Origin: Takakia lepidozioides
Taxonomy: Eukaryota; Plantae; Bryophyta
NCBI GenBank assembly: GCA_030704615.1
Contig: CM060731.1
Location: 73,408,001-73,472,000, forward strand
DNA: 64,000 nucleotides
Direction: 5' to 3'
The notes under the pieces were generated by a model. It saw nothing but the letters and a program-made list of their open reading frames with translations. It searched no databases and was not told the DNA's origin. Positions 51,261-62,288 of this stretch are shown in pieces (within the stretch, counting starts at the first letter, position 1; each line of letters begins with the position of its first letter). The position numbers and the translations under genes were made by a program.

Positions 51261-52380
51261 GGCCAACTGGGAGGGCATAATCTTCTTACTCAAAATATCA
51301 GAGGTCATAGCCAGATAATCTTCACTAATTTCCAGCCATCTGGCTTTGAAGACTTCTATTGGTATCGTGGGGATTTCATGGAGGTCAATTTCTCCAAAGC
51401 ATCACCTAGCTCAATGACAGTAAAGGGGCCGCGTCAAGCGAAGCCTGTTCCTACATAGGAAGGACCGAAAACAGCCTAAAACCTCCTGTCTAGACTGGTT
51501 GTTGATAGTCTGTGCAGGTGTATTCCCAAATAGTTCAGCCTAAGTACTAGGCAGAAAGGAGGCCATATCCTTTGGCTTAGTGAGATTTTCCTCCTGGGCC
51601 TTTCAAGGCCTTTCAATGAAGTAATAGCACTAGAGGCTTGTCTTTGCCTAGCTTTTTGAAAGAAATAACTGTTCATTTTTTCCCCCTCCAAGGACCAGTT
51701 AATCCCTGCTTTGCGTCTAATGGCTTCTTCTTTGACTTTCCTTAACTAGCCAGATTTCTCTTAGCCAAGTTAAGTGAGTCAATGGTTTGCAGCCCCACCC
51801 TATTATTCTCGATGACCAGCCTTCCTTCCTGTTTCTTTCCAGGGTTACAGATCGGGCTAAAGATTGAACAGTTTTTCGAGGAGCATCCAATTCAGTCAGA
51901 AACCTCAAGTTGGGGAAGCCACTCCATCACCGAGTGTGCCCAAGATTCTTTGATCTGCTGTAAGCAAGAGGGGATGGATAGAATGGAAGGGTTTAGCTTA
52001 AAAAAGCATCTTCCTTTGGCATGAGATTCGGGGGGAACAAGGGAGACAGAAATTTGTGCATGGTCAAAATCCGGCAGGATAGGACCCTGAATCCCCGGTT
52101 TGGCCCATATCAATGGCGTAAGGGAGCAATAAACACGATCAAGATGCGCCATACATAGATCAGGTGGCTGCCTGTTGTTAGTCCAGGTGAATCTAAAGCC
52201 CATTTTGAGCATGATCAGCTGAAACATCCGTAAGACCTACAGAGAAAGATAAGGCATCTTGCTCTTCAATGGACATAGATTGTGTCGTAGAAATAAGACG
52301 ATCACAGTTATTTTTAACCATATTGAAATCACCACATAAAATCCAATGCATAACATCTTGACATTCCAAGATTCTGTTAT
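51261..52380 (-). mobile_element. Decayed L1-clade LINE, 5' part (APE endonuclease to pre-RT linker)
   Basis: HWILCGDFNMV, FTWTNNRQ…AHLDRVY, DFDHAQI, FKLNPSIL, EGEKMNSYFFQKARQR…ITSL. Continuous with the 3' part across the LTR element. Confidence 0.88.
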
Positions 52381-52778
52381 TGACAGTAGACAAAGGGCAC
52401 AATAGACAAACAGCACTCACAACCCAACATTGAACTGGATGTAAATGACTGACCCAATGCACAACATTGCAGGTTGGAAAGAAGCTGCAACAACTGCTTA
52501 GCAATGCTTTACTAACAATAAAATGATCTCATAGAACTACCCGGATACCTGAAGAATGGCATAGATCAAGGAATGGTTTGCACCTTATGTTCTCATCTAA
52601 CAATTAAAGCATCCCTTTCGAATAACCAAGGTCCATGGCAATGCTACTTTCTGGAGGAAGATACAAAAGGATCAACTTTCTCCACCCACATTTCTGCAGA
52701 CATACAGACATGGACTTAACATGATTCAATTTTCCCACCTCCCCTTCCACAATCACTGGAGAGGGGTTTTAAGAGACA

Positions 52779-55700
52779 TCAATGAGTTTGTGATTCTAGC
52801 AATAGATTTGTGGCCATACCGACATCATTCCTGGCCCGAGTTAACGCTTGTAATGCATCTTCCCGATCAAATCCCATTGCCACAAGCGTCCAAACTGACT
52901 CTTCAGGTGGTGGTAAAGGTGGACCCAGGGGGGGCGCAGTTGGGGCGAACCGGTTCTGCAATTCACCATGATACTCATGTAAATGTGCTAGTCACCATGA
53001 TTCACCATGATACTTTTGTAAATGTGCTAGTCACCCCAGCACATCTTCATACCAAACAAATGGTATATGTGCAATAAGCATGCCATTCTCTGCATGATTT
53101 TTGCAAATGTATGACAACCTCTCTTTGAGAAGAAGGAATGAACTTAAGCACAACCTGCCAAGGCCTACAGAGCATGCAAGTGGCAAAGCCCAAGTTGCTA
53201 CCACAGACAAGCTAAAACAGCAGCATTAGAGGATGCACACGTATGTGATATGCAACCCTGGTGTGCATCCATGAGAATATGCATGTGGATGTCAACACTG
53301 TACCCACCGCAGAGGGCTGGCCTTGTGAATTGGGGTCTGCAACATCTCTGGTGCCATTAGTTCTCCTCAATCTTGGTGAAGGTGAGCTTGACATGAAGGG
53401 TGCAAATATCTGTGCTGTTGCAGCCGCCACCCCATCTGGGAACTGCAAACCAAGCAAGTAACGATAACTAGAATTAAAAAGCTGATGGGGTAAAATCACC
53501 CACAAATAGCACTGATGTATGACTTCATTAGAGCTCTAATTCAATGAAGTGATTTTCTCCTTCGTCATACCTTCATCCTCCGAACCCTGAGCACATTGGA
53601 CTCATAAATAAACCCTGTGATCATTCCACATATCCCCGGTATAAGTGATCGCTTCCATGATGAGAGCAACAGCTGCAGCAACCACAGACGATCAGCTTTC
53701 TAAGGATTGCCAATAAATAATCTTTCCAGAAGAAATTCTGATGGGATCACAGTGCCTACAACTTCTGGGAAAGGAGTCGACAGAATGTACTTAAGAGACA
53801 TTTTTTGTCGTAGCCTTGTGGCCATGGACCCTGCACCCAGTTTGGATGGAAAGATAGGGGATAGGTAATGACTTTGTGAGGGGCTCATTCCAGTAGTGTG
53901 ACTTACCTTAATATAAAGTACCGTCTAGTGCCAAAGGTAGGTAGGCCCTTCAGATCATCCTTAAGGTCCTCACCCATGTCACAAAGTGGAAACAAGTTCA
54001 GGGTAGTTTTATGCCTAACTTTGTTTGAGACACAAACAGAGAAAGAGAGAGAATCACCTGAATGCCTGCAAGGTAGATGAATGACTTGTCAGAGACCCTT
54101 GTGCCAAAAACCTTGAAGTGTGTCGAAATGGGGATGTCAAAGAAAAAGGGCACAAAGGATGCAAAAATCAATCCATATGGTCCCGAGCTTAACGAGATGC
54201 CTGACAGTGTTGCTGGGTCTGCATGCCCCCAGAATTCGACAGCATTTGAGCTACCTTCCAAGAACAAATATTTACTTTTCCACCAACATTGAGAGATCTG
54301 TGAACTGAAATCAATCTCATGATTTCTGTGCACGGTTTGTATATTCTCCAGTAAAACATGTCCTTGACGCTGAAACATAAACACCAATGATTATTCATTT
54401 ATAAGAGCAGGCATTTCTTACAATAACTGCCACTGGGAGCTAACGATAAGTATGAGCTTTTGATCGGCTTGAATGTACTTTGGTCAAATAAATAACATGA
54501 AATCTGCTTGAAGGTTGGTTGACCATGTGAAACCCTCTTTAGCACAGGCATTTCTTGTGCTCACCCTTCCAGGACAGGGCACAAAAGGTGAACGGTGGTC
54601 TTCAGCAGGACAGTACCTCTGAGGGCGGCCAATGTGACCATCTCCAAAATTGTTGTAAGAGCTGTAGAGAATAAGACAAAAACCTGCCATGCCCATCTTG
54701 AGGATCACTTGAGGAAAGAGCAGATGACTTTGACGAAAAGTTAGCCCTAACAGATACTGAAAAGCCATGCTGATAGATTCTCTCAACTCCAAAGATGCCT
54801 TACAAGATTCTCAGATAATGTGAAACTCAAAGCCATGAGTGTAGTTGCACACCATGTATTTATTAGACCCCAGCTGTCTCTCAAAGACTCTGAAGAAGTA
54901 CACTAAGTACAGTCCAAAAATGAGCTCTAGTGTTGATGTGAATACACTTGTTGATGTGACCAAGCGCCACAGCTGCAGCCTCCTTACAACTGTCTGCCCA
55001 TTCAACAATGCTCCAGTCAGCCCACACTTGCCTTACAAAACCCTCCCCCCTTGCTTCTCAATTCTTTCTTTACATTGTGAAGATAATGTCCACTATATAA
55101 CTTCAATAAAATAAGTGTGGATGGGTGAATCATCCTTGATGAATATCATAAGTCATCTTAAGATTGTTTGCACCCTCAGAGATAAGTTGTCAGCTGCGAG
55201 AACACCTGATATGAGAGGCTGCAATGCCTAGCACCACCTTGCGCGCCAACCAGCACTGATACGACACCACATGCTAGCACTATCCCCTTGGTCACGGGCG
55301 CATGATCTGAAGACCACCCATCAAAACCAATGATAAGGTGTCAACCCCTTAATCGAGCAAAAAACCTAAATCATATGTCAGGTTCTGCAGTCATGTTCAA
55401 GTTGAAGTGCACAGCACTTCCCCCTCAACTGACTATCAAACCTGATCTACAGATAGGGCCAAGTCCATGGACGTCAGCATTACCAGCGAGTAGAGCTTTG
55501 CCTGTTAATGATCATAGGTCTGAGCAGCAGTTACTGCTGACTCATGCAGGTTGAAGGCGGATTGGAAGTTGGCCACAGCCAGTGCAACAGTAATAGAAGC
55601 TGCTGAAAGAAAACAACATTGGGACAGAGTGTAGTCTAGGCAAGAGAGAAATTGGTCCTCTTTCTAGAAGGCTGATTAACCCGGAAGAACACGACTAGAA

Positions 55701-56119
55701 AACGGTTCAATACTAACGATTAGCGCGCAAATACTGAAGACTGCGTCTACAAGCGATACGGTGTGCTCAGAAGCCGAGCGAGGCGGTTGTCTAAGCCCAG
55801 AACCCTCACACTCAGCAATTGCCGGTCCTCTTTAGATTGTGAACATCCAAGAGCTTGCCAAAGCAGCCGTAATTAGCTGGTGTTACGCTGACAGAACCCA
55901 ATGGTGAGTCTAGCCCCAGAGAACACCAAGAAGAACCCATGGAGAGTGAGAATGAACCAACTGATGATTGACCCGAAAACCCTACAAATAATCTGCGAGC
56001 TCCAAATCCTCCAATTTGATCCCAAATTGGAGAACAATGACGGAACGGAAATCAGCAGTTCTACAAGCGAGTTACCGAGAGATGTATGCCTTACAGAATC
56101 CTGAAGGTCCCGCGTTCAT
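52779..56119 (-). CDS. Rhomboid-like protein with C-terminal UBA domain (RBL18/RBL20, UBAC2-like), multi-exon
   Basis: Exon 1 56095-56119 MNAGPSGF, exon 2 [14 protein letters not shown]…[69 protein letters not shown]…[53 protein letters not shown]. Confidence 0.92.
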
Positions 56120-56718
56120 CGTGTCCCTTGGAATGACGCCCTCTTGACTGCGCTCAAGCTCCTTTTATATTCCTCTCGCCGTCTACGGGAAATGACGAAA
56201 AGAGAAGGATTCAAATGCAAACAGAGATGAGGACAGATGGAAAGCAAAACATATGTAAGCTCTGTTTCTATACTTTCCTAGGCTGGATCGAAGCGTGGAG
56301 AGGACTGACAGGGAAGAGCTCTAGTTACAAAACCTCGGAAGATTCCTACCTTGGTAAGAACAAAGTTTACCTACTGTTAACCCGTCATGTACTAACTTAG
56401 GCCAGTTACTGCGAATTCGTGACTTGGCCACCACGTCTTTGCAAATTCTTACATCTTACAGAAATGAAGAGTCCAACTATCCTCAAGTTCCTAAGAGTGC
56501 AATTGGACTGGTATACTGGATGACAAACTGCTATCAATACTGGTATATATATTGGAATGAAATACCAGACCAGTCTGGTATCATCTAGCGCCGCAAATTA
56601 GAATATACCTAAAATATACCCGTATTGGCCTGGTATTGTGGTGATTAATACTATAGGCGATACCATACAAGCCTAGTATGTGGTTGAAAATTTGGTACTT
56701 GATACCAGCAGCATTTAT

Positions 56719-57396
56719 GGAAGATAATAGGAATAATGTAAGAACTTAATGGACGCATGTGATCTGAGAGTACTTTCGCCAGATTCCGGCAACAGGAGCT
56801 CCTGGGGCGGGGGCTCTGTCAAATCCTCCCCACCCCACATTACCTCTACGAATCCAAATGTGTTGCAAGCTGCGGTGGATAGCCTGATGGTAAGGTGATA
56901 GCAATGTAGGCGGTGAGGTTATGAGTTCAATTCTTGATGGGAGGCTGTTGCAGGTGTAACCCCGGTTGATGTAACTCTCCATTTGGTGTAACCCTCTATA
57001 ACCCCGATTTCTCATGTAACTCTGGTTGGTCCATTTTATACTTAGCCACATTTGGACTTAGTCAAATTTCGAGACCAAGTGGAGTTACACTCCATTCTGT
57101 GTAACCCCGAGTGGAGTTACACACCTCGTCGTGTAACCCAATGTAACCCCAAGTGGAGTTACACAGCTTGTCATGTAGCCCAATGTGTAACCCCAAGTGG
57201 AGTTACACGGCTCATTGTGTAACCCCAAGTGGAGTTACATACGGCTCATTGTAACCCCCACTGGAGTTGAAACTCCTTAAGTTCCATGTCACTCTCAAGA
57301 GAGGGTGGGGAAGATTTGACATGCCGGAAACAAGCGCACCATCCTGTCAGAGGTTGCACGTGTGCATTATGTTCTTACATTATTCCTATTACTTCC
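56719..57396. mobile_element. MITE-like element with long TIRs and an internal palindromic array
   Basis: GGAAGATAATAGGAATAATGTAAGAAC… / …GTTCTTACATTATTCCTATTACTTCC; inner inverted pair TGTCAAATCCTCCCCACCC (56817) / GGGTGGGGAAGATTTGACA (57303). Confidence 0.7.
57075..57272. repeat. Array of about six palindromic units TGTAACCCCAAGTGGAGTTACA
   Basis: Units separated by short, related linkers, inside the MITE. Confidence 0.85.
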
Positions 57397-58749
57397 TTAT
57401 TTTCCTATAATGGATGTATAATTAATATTGATTGGACATAAATATCACAATATGGAGACATATAGTGAGTTTTTTTAATACCAGACCGGTATTGATAAGC
57501 GTATCGGTTTCTCAAAAGTCTTGCTATTCATACTTGTAAAGCGGGCCGGGGTCGGGGACCGTGGTCGGGAGCGGGCGGGGGGCGGACCTCAATTTCTGGC
57601 TGCTCGCACTAGAGGCGAGCTATGGCATGTTCTTTGTGCTCAGATGCAGGGTTTAGAGTGATTTCCTTCTAGTGCTGCTGATGACACTTGTTTGAGTTTT
57701 TCAAAAGGATGGGGAAATGCAATTCTGGGTTGCAATGAAAGACGACAGAATTTCAATTTCCTACTTCCATATCCCTGCCCAGAATGAGGCCCGTAACTGG
57801 AGGAAATCTATCAAGCTAAGGCTGTCGCCATGGATCTAGCTCCTGTAGATTAACAAGAGGGTTTGATGTAATAAGCAGCTCAAATTGAGTAGTTGTTAGT
57901 TTCGTTGTATGTATACGCCACCGCATTTATTTGTGAAACAAATGTAGCAATCCAAGGAGCGTGCTAACATATAATCCTGTATGTAGTTTCATTGTGGACT
58001 TTCTGAGCCCCTTCTGAGCAATGCGCCTGATCTCGAGAGAGACAATGAGAGTGTCCAGAGATTACTCAGCACCACTGAAAATCGACTGAGTTCCACAACA
58101 TCAACCCATGGAGGCTAACCAAGTAAGTCTACACAGTAGTGGAGTGATTTGAGCATTGTTCACCCAAAATCAACCCACTTACTAGAGATAGTCACCTCCC
58201 ACTCTCATCACCCGATTGCAGCACTACCTATATAGCCCCATGATGTTGGGCCTCTTGTCTATAATTATTTTGAAAGAAAACAATGTGCTTCTTCAGAGTC
58301 TCAGTTTTCAAGGCATAAGTGACAACAGAAATGGTCTGGTGCTCTCTTTAGTGCTGAGCCTTGTCCATCCGCCTTCTTCACTGCCACTGAGGTCTTCTGA
58401 GTCCATTTCTTGGACTTTTCCGTTTCCTACATTATTTTCAAGTTTTAAGAGAAGCCAGCGCCAATCAATCGAGGATGATCGATGTGCAGATGATCTATGG
58501 AACGAGTTCGAAGCCCAAATTTCTAGTCACTCTTTGCTATCCCCGCAGACGTAAAAATTCCTAAACCCAATATTCTGTTCTCTTGTTTGTCTTCATATTG
58601 GAATAACTTAGGGGAACGAAAAGATAAGAGCGATGGCAGTAGATTTACCACCTGTAGCAGAAATTTGTTGAGACAGTACAGCTCACCCCAATCACCTAAT
58701 TCAATTCTCTGATCCCAGGGTCGGATCAGGAGAGCTGTGCTGCAGCAAA

Positions 58750-58924
58750 CACAACACAACGAGAATGAGCGAGTAAAGAAATCTTGAAATCTCTCTGATA
58801 ACACAACAAGAATGAGCGAGTAAAGCAAACTTGAATCTCTCTGATAACACAACAAGAATGAGCGAGTAAGGAAATCTTGAAATCTCTCTGATAACACGAC
58901 AAGAATGAGCGAGTAAAGCAAACT
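58750..58924. repeat. About 46-bp minisatellite, about four copies
   Basis: ACAACAAGAATGAGCGAGTAAAG(A/C)AA(T)CTTGAAATCTCTCTGATAAC repeated. Confidence 0.9.
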
Positions 58925-58968
58925 AATCAGAAGTGTCGCCCAAGCGCAAAAAGAGACGATGCCCACAA

Positions 58969-59238
58969 GTTCCCCAACTTCACTCCCTAGACCTGGCCCT
59001 CAGTGAAAAAAGAAAATTTCACCTTAGGCAATATGGGTAGTTCCCGAACTTCACTCCCCAGACCTAGCGATGTTTACCGTCGATCTACACTATCGGACGG
59101 CCAGAGAAAAAAATAAATTTTCCCTTAGACAATATGGGTAGTTCCCGAATTTCACTCCCCAGACCTAGCGATGTTTACCGTCGATCTACACTATCGGACG
59201 GCCTGAGAAAAAAGACATCTTCCCTATACAATATGGGA
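58969..59238. repeat. About 100-bp tandem repeat, about 2.5 copies
   Basis: AATATGGGTAGTTCCCGAACTTCACTCCCCAGACCTAGCGATGTTTACCGTCGATCTACACTATCGGACGG at 59030 and 59131, with partial copies at 58969 and 59230. Confidence 0.9.
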
Positions 59239-59470
59239 CGTTGGGTCGACAATCGAACGGTGAGCAGACAATCACGTGTGCCGCGGTAGAGTCTCAACTC
59301 CTCGGGGAGGGCGACGGCGATTGCAAGAGGGGGTCGCTCCTTGCATATATTACACGCTCCTTCCCATTCTCCTTCTCTTTCTCCTTCTCCGTCTTATTAC
59401 ACGCTCCTTCTCCTTCTCCTTCTCCTTCTTCGTCTTATTAGTGACTGCATGGTGTGTGGGCTGGCTCTCT

Positions 59471-60371
59471 GATGCCACGAGATGATTGTTTTCGACTGCT
59501 CACACTTCAGTCGGAGAAGGGCTCTATAGAACTTGGACCATTTCAGCTAGTCGACTATTTGGCAACCTGAGTAGAGATGGAAGTGTTTCATATCAGCCTG
59601 CTCAATCAGCTCCAAATCTAAGAACACTTTGAAGTGACTAGCTGGTACTCTGATGTCCTATTGTTCTTGAATTTCGGAGCTGCTTGAGTAGGCTCAGATG
59701 AAAAGCAATGCAGTTGTTCAAACTTTTCCGTGAGGGCATTTCAGCTAGTCGACTATTGGCAACGTGAGAAGAGATGGAAGTGTTTCATATCAGCCTGCTC
59801 AATCAGCTCCCAAATCGAAGAACACTTTGAAGTGACTGGCCGATACTCTGATGTCCTATTGTTCTTGGATTTCGGAGCTGCTTGAGTAGGCTCAGATGAA
59901 AAGCAATGCAGTTGTTCAAACTTTTCCGTGAGGGCATTTCAGCTAGTCGACTATTGGCAACCTGAGAAGAGATGGAAGTGTTTCATATCAGCCTGCTCAA
60001 TCAGCTCCCAAATCGAAGAACACTTTGAAGTGACTGGCCGGTACTCTGATGTCCTATTGTTCTTGGATTTCGGAGCTGCTTGAGTAGGCTCAGATGAAAA
60101 GCAATGCAGTTGTTCAAACTTTTCCGCGAGGGTTGAATTAGCCATTATTACATTTGTCCAGGGATCCATGATCATAAAAGAGGTTTTGGTGTTTGGTTTT
60201 GCGACGGCACATGCCAGCCAGGCTGCATCAAGGTCTTGTACCGGTTCGTCACTTCCCTCTCTTCTTAGGTTGCCAATAGTGGATAAGTAGACTAGCTGGA
60301 ATGGTCCAAGTTTTGTAGAGGCCTTCTTCGACTGAAGTGTGAGGAGTCGAAAACACTCATATTGTGGCATC
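59471..60371 (+). ncRNA. Candidate hairpin-RNA or polycistronic MIRNA locus (long foldback containing three tandem 198-bp hairpin units)
   Basis: Outer inverted arms 59471-59585 and 60250-60371; units start at 59539, 59737 and 59935, each with a stem of about 32 bp. TATA-like CATATATT (59344) and a CT-rich leader upstream. The repeat structure is clear; RNA function is inferred. Confidence 0.45.
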
Positions 60372-60417
60372 CAGGTTCCAGAATTTCTAGATTGCGTATA
60401 GACACCAAGTAAGTAAA

Positions 60418-60555
60418 TGTTGGGAATGTTGGAGGTGTGAAGGCTATAGCCCTTACACGGCTCTCTTAAACAGAACAGGTGTAGCTCAGTGGTAGAGCAC
60501 CCAATGGGAAGGGGGGAGGTCCTGGCTAGGCCAATAGTTTCTTAACATGGTATCA
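60418..60555 (+). mobile_element. TRIM-like LTR remnant containing a tRNA-like segment, followed by a tRNA-Met PBS
   Basis: TGTTGGG…CTTAACA (60418-60547), then TGGTATCA; internal GGTGTAGCTCAGTGGTAGAGCAC…GAGGTCCTGG. Confidence 0.6.
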
Positions 60556-60644
60556 TAACATTGTTAGGGGGTTCACATGAGTGTTGGGCGGTTATTTGAT
60601 TTCATTCATAACCTCCGGTGCCGGCTTTTACAAAGACCTACAAC

Positions 60645-61312
60645 CTTTATGTGCTAGGTCTTCTCTCTTTTTGTTGTGTTGTTAGGTAGCCTTGAGCTAT
60701 AAGAGAGCTCTAAGAGCATCTCCACTGGGGGTCCCTAAATGCCCCTGCAAACAAACGGCAAAGGAGCCCCCACCCTGGTATCCGCACCCTGTGGAGGATA
60801 TAGGCCTGCTGGAGAGACAAAAAACACTACTGCCTGCATTTATGGCGTGAGGGTAAGGCGGTCTGTCCACTGCAGTGTTGTTTGGTGTACCCCCGGTGGA
60901 GATGCTCTAATCACAGCTAACTTAGAAAAATCTCTCGGAGCTTTAAAAAAGAAAAAAAAGAAAGAAAAATGTTACATATCTATCATTCCTAAAGAAGTAT
61001 AACCCAAAAGAAAACCTCTTCAGATCTGGCATATATTTATTTTTCTATGCAAAATAAGGTAGGGATTTTCTTGGGAACATAAGACTAGTGCCCTAAAAGC
61101 TTTATGTGCTAGGTCTTACCCTTTCTGTTGTGTTGTTAGGGAGCCTTGAGCTATAAGAGATCTCCAATCACAGCTAAGAGAAATGTTACATATCTATCAT
61201 TCCTACAGAATGTCGTATAACCCAAAAGAAAACCTCTTCAGATCTCACATATATATGTTTTTCTATACAAAATAAGGTAGGGATTTTTTTGGAACATGAG
61301 ACTAGTGCCCTA
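60645..61312. repeat. Local tandem duplication (60645-61095 and 61100-61312)
   Basis: CTTTATGTGCTAGGTCTT…GACTAGTGCCCTA twice; only the first copy holds the MITE. Confidence 0.9.
60714..60907. mobile_element. PIF/Harbinger Tourist-like MITE
   Basis: TIRs GAGCATCTCCACTGGGG / CCCCGGTGGAGATGCTC; TAA TSD; empty site in the adjacent duplicate. Confidence 0.93.
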
Positions 61313-62288
61313 CAGGATGCTCAGGTTCGGGAAGCTGACCAATGTCTCGCAAACATCACTAGAGACTTCAAGAACCACATCAGCAAGAAGATCAGAACAA
61401 AGGACATCAAGAACCTTTTGTTACATTGTCACAAACATCAGCAGACATGCAATCAGCAACATCAGAAAATCATTAAGAATCACATCAGGAGTAAGATCTG
61501 AAGGAACAAGAGCCCAAAAAAGTAGGACAATGTCACCAGCAAGCTGCGTAAGATGGGGATCAGAACACAGACTATAAAACCTGCAACCAACACCACCTGT
61601 GAATACATGTCAAATCGATCACCAAGCATGTCTAAGAGGCTTCAACCTAGGAGATGCCAAAGTATTGTGAGACAAACCTCCCAATACGACACATGGAGCA
61701 GAGGAGCAATGTCAACAAGTGCACCATATTCAGAGAGTGCATTGCGCGAGAATCTGCCAGGAGCAGTTAAGGTGTCATCATCCATCTCAGCATCGTGAAA
61801 ATCCCTGACAAGTCACAATAAAACACGCCACAACAAACCACAGCAGATAGGGAGCACACACATTGAACGACAGACAGCAAACACGGAGCAAACCTGCAAA
61901 CCCTAGCAGAAGCTTCAACAAGGACCAGATGCACAGGAGAATAAGCACTGAGGAATGGTGGCCGCAAGAAAGTGAGAGAGGAAGACCCTCGCGATGGGCA
62001 GCTGCAGCAATGGGTAGCAGAAGTCTTAGATCTGTACGCCCTGGGGACAGGTGTCTCAAATCCTGGGCCAGGAATTTACTCCTTACAAAATATTTGGAAT
62101 GTTTTTGAATTCCCACAGACACAGTTTTCCTGTTTCAAAATTTTCAGTTTTCCTCTAGCAATTCCTACCAATAGATTTTCTCCTGATATAATGACAATCT
62201 GTGCCACAGCCAGCATTCAGCACTTAATGCAAGAAGATTGATGCAGAAAAGAGGTGTCAGAAAGGAGCCAGGGCACTGCAGCATTGAC

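Noticed and set aside
57075-57272. CRISPR array
   Set aside because: Linkers are short (about 8-20 bp) and related to one another, there are no cas genes, the context is eukaryotic, and the array lies inside a TIR element.
60327-60350. miR319-like sequence TTCGACTGAAGTGTGAGG in the foldback arm
   Set aside because: Only the 5' half resembles miR319; too divergent to name.
59951-60370. 139-aa minus-strand ORF
   Set aside because: It lies wholly within the repeat/foldback and has no domain signal.
60478-60530. Functional tRNA gene
   Set aside because: Only the D-arm/A box is recognisable; there is no T-arm or acceptor stem, and it lies within an LTR-like unit.
61289-61501. NF-YB-like histone-fold fragment (VREADQCLANITR)
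   Set aside because: Only a few residues resemble the motif, and the rest does not follow the fold.
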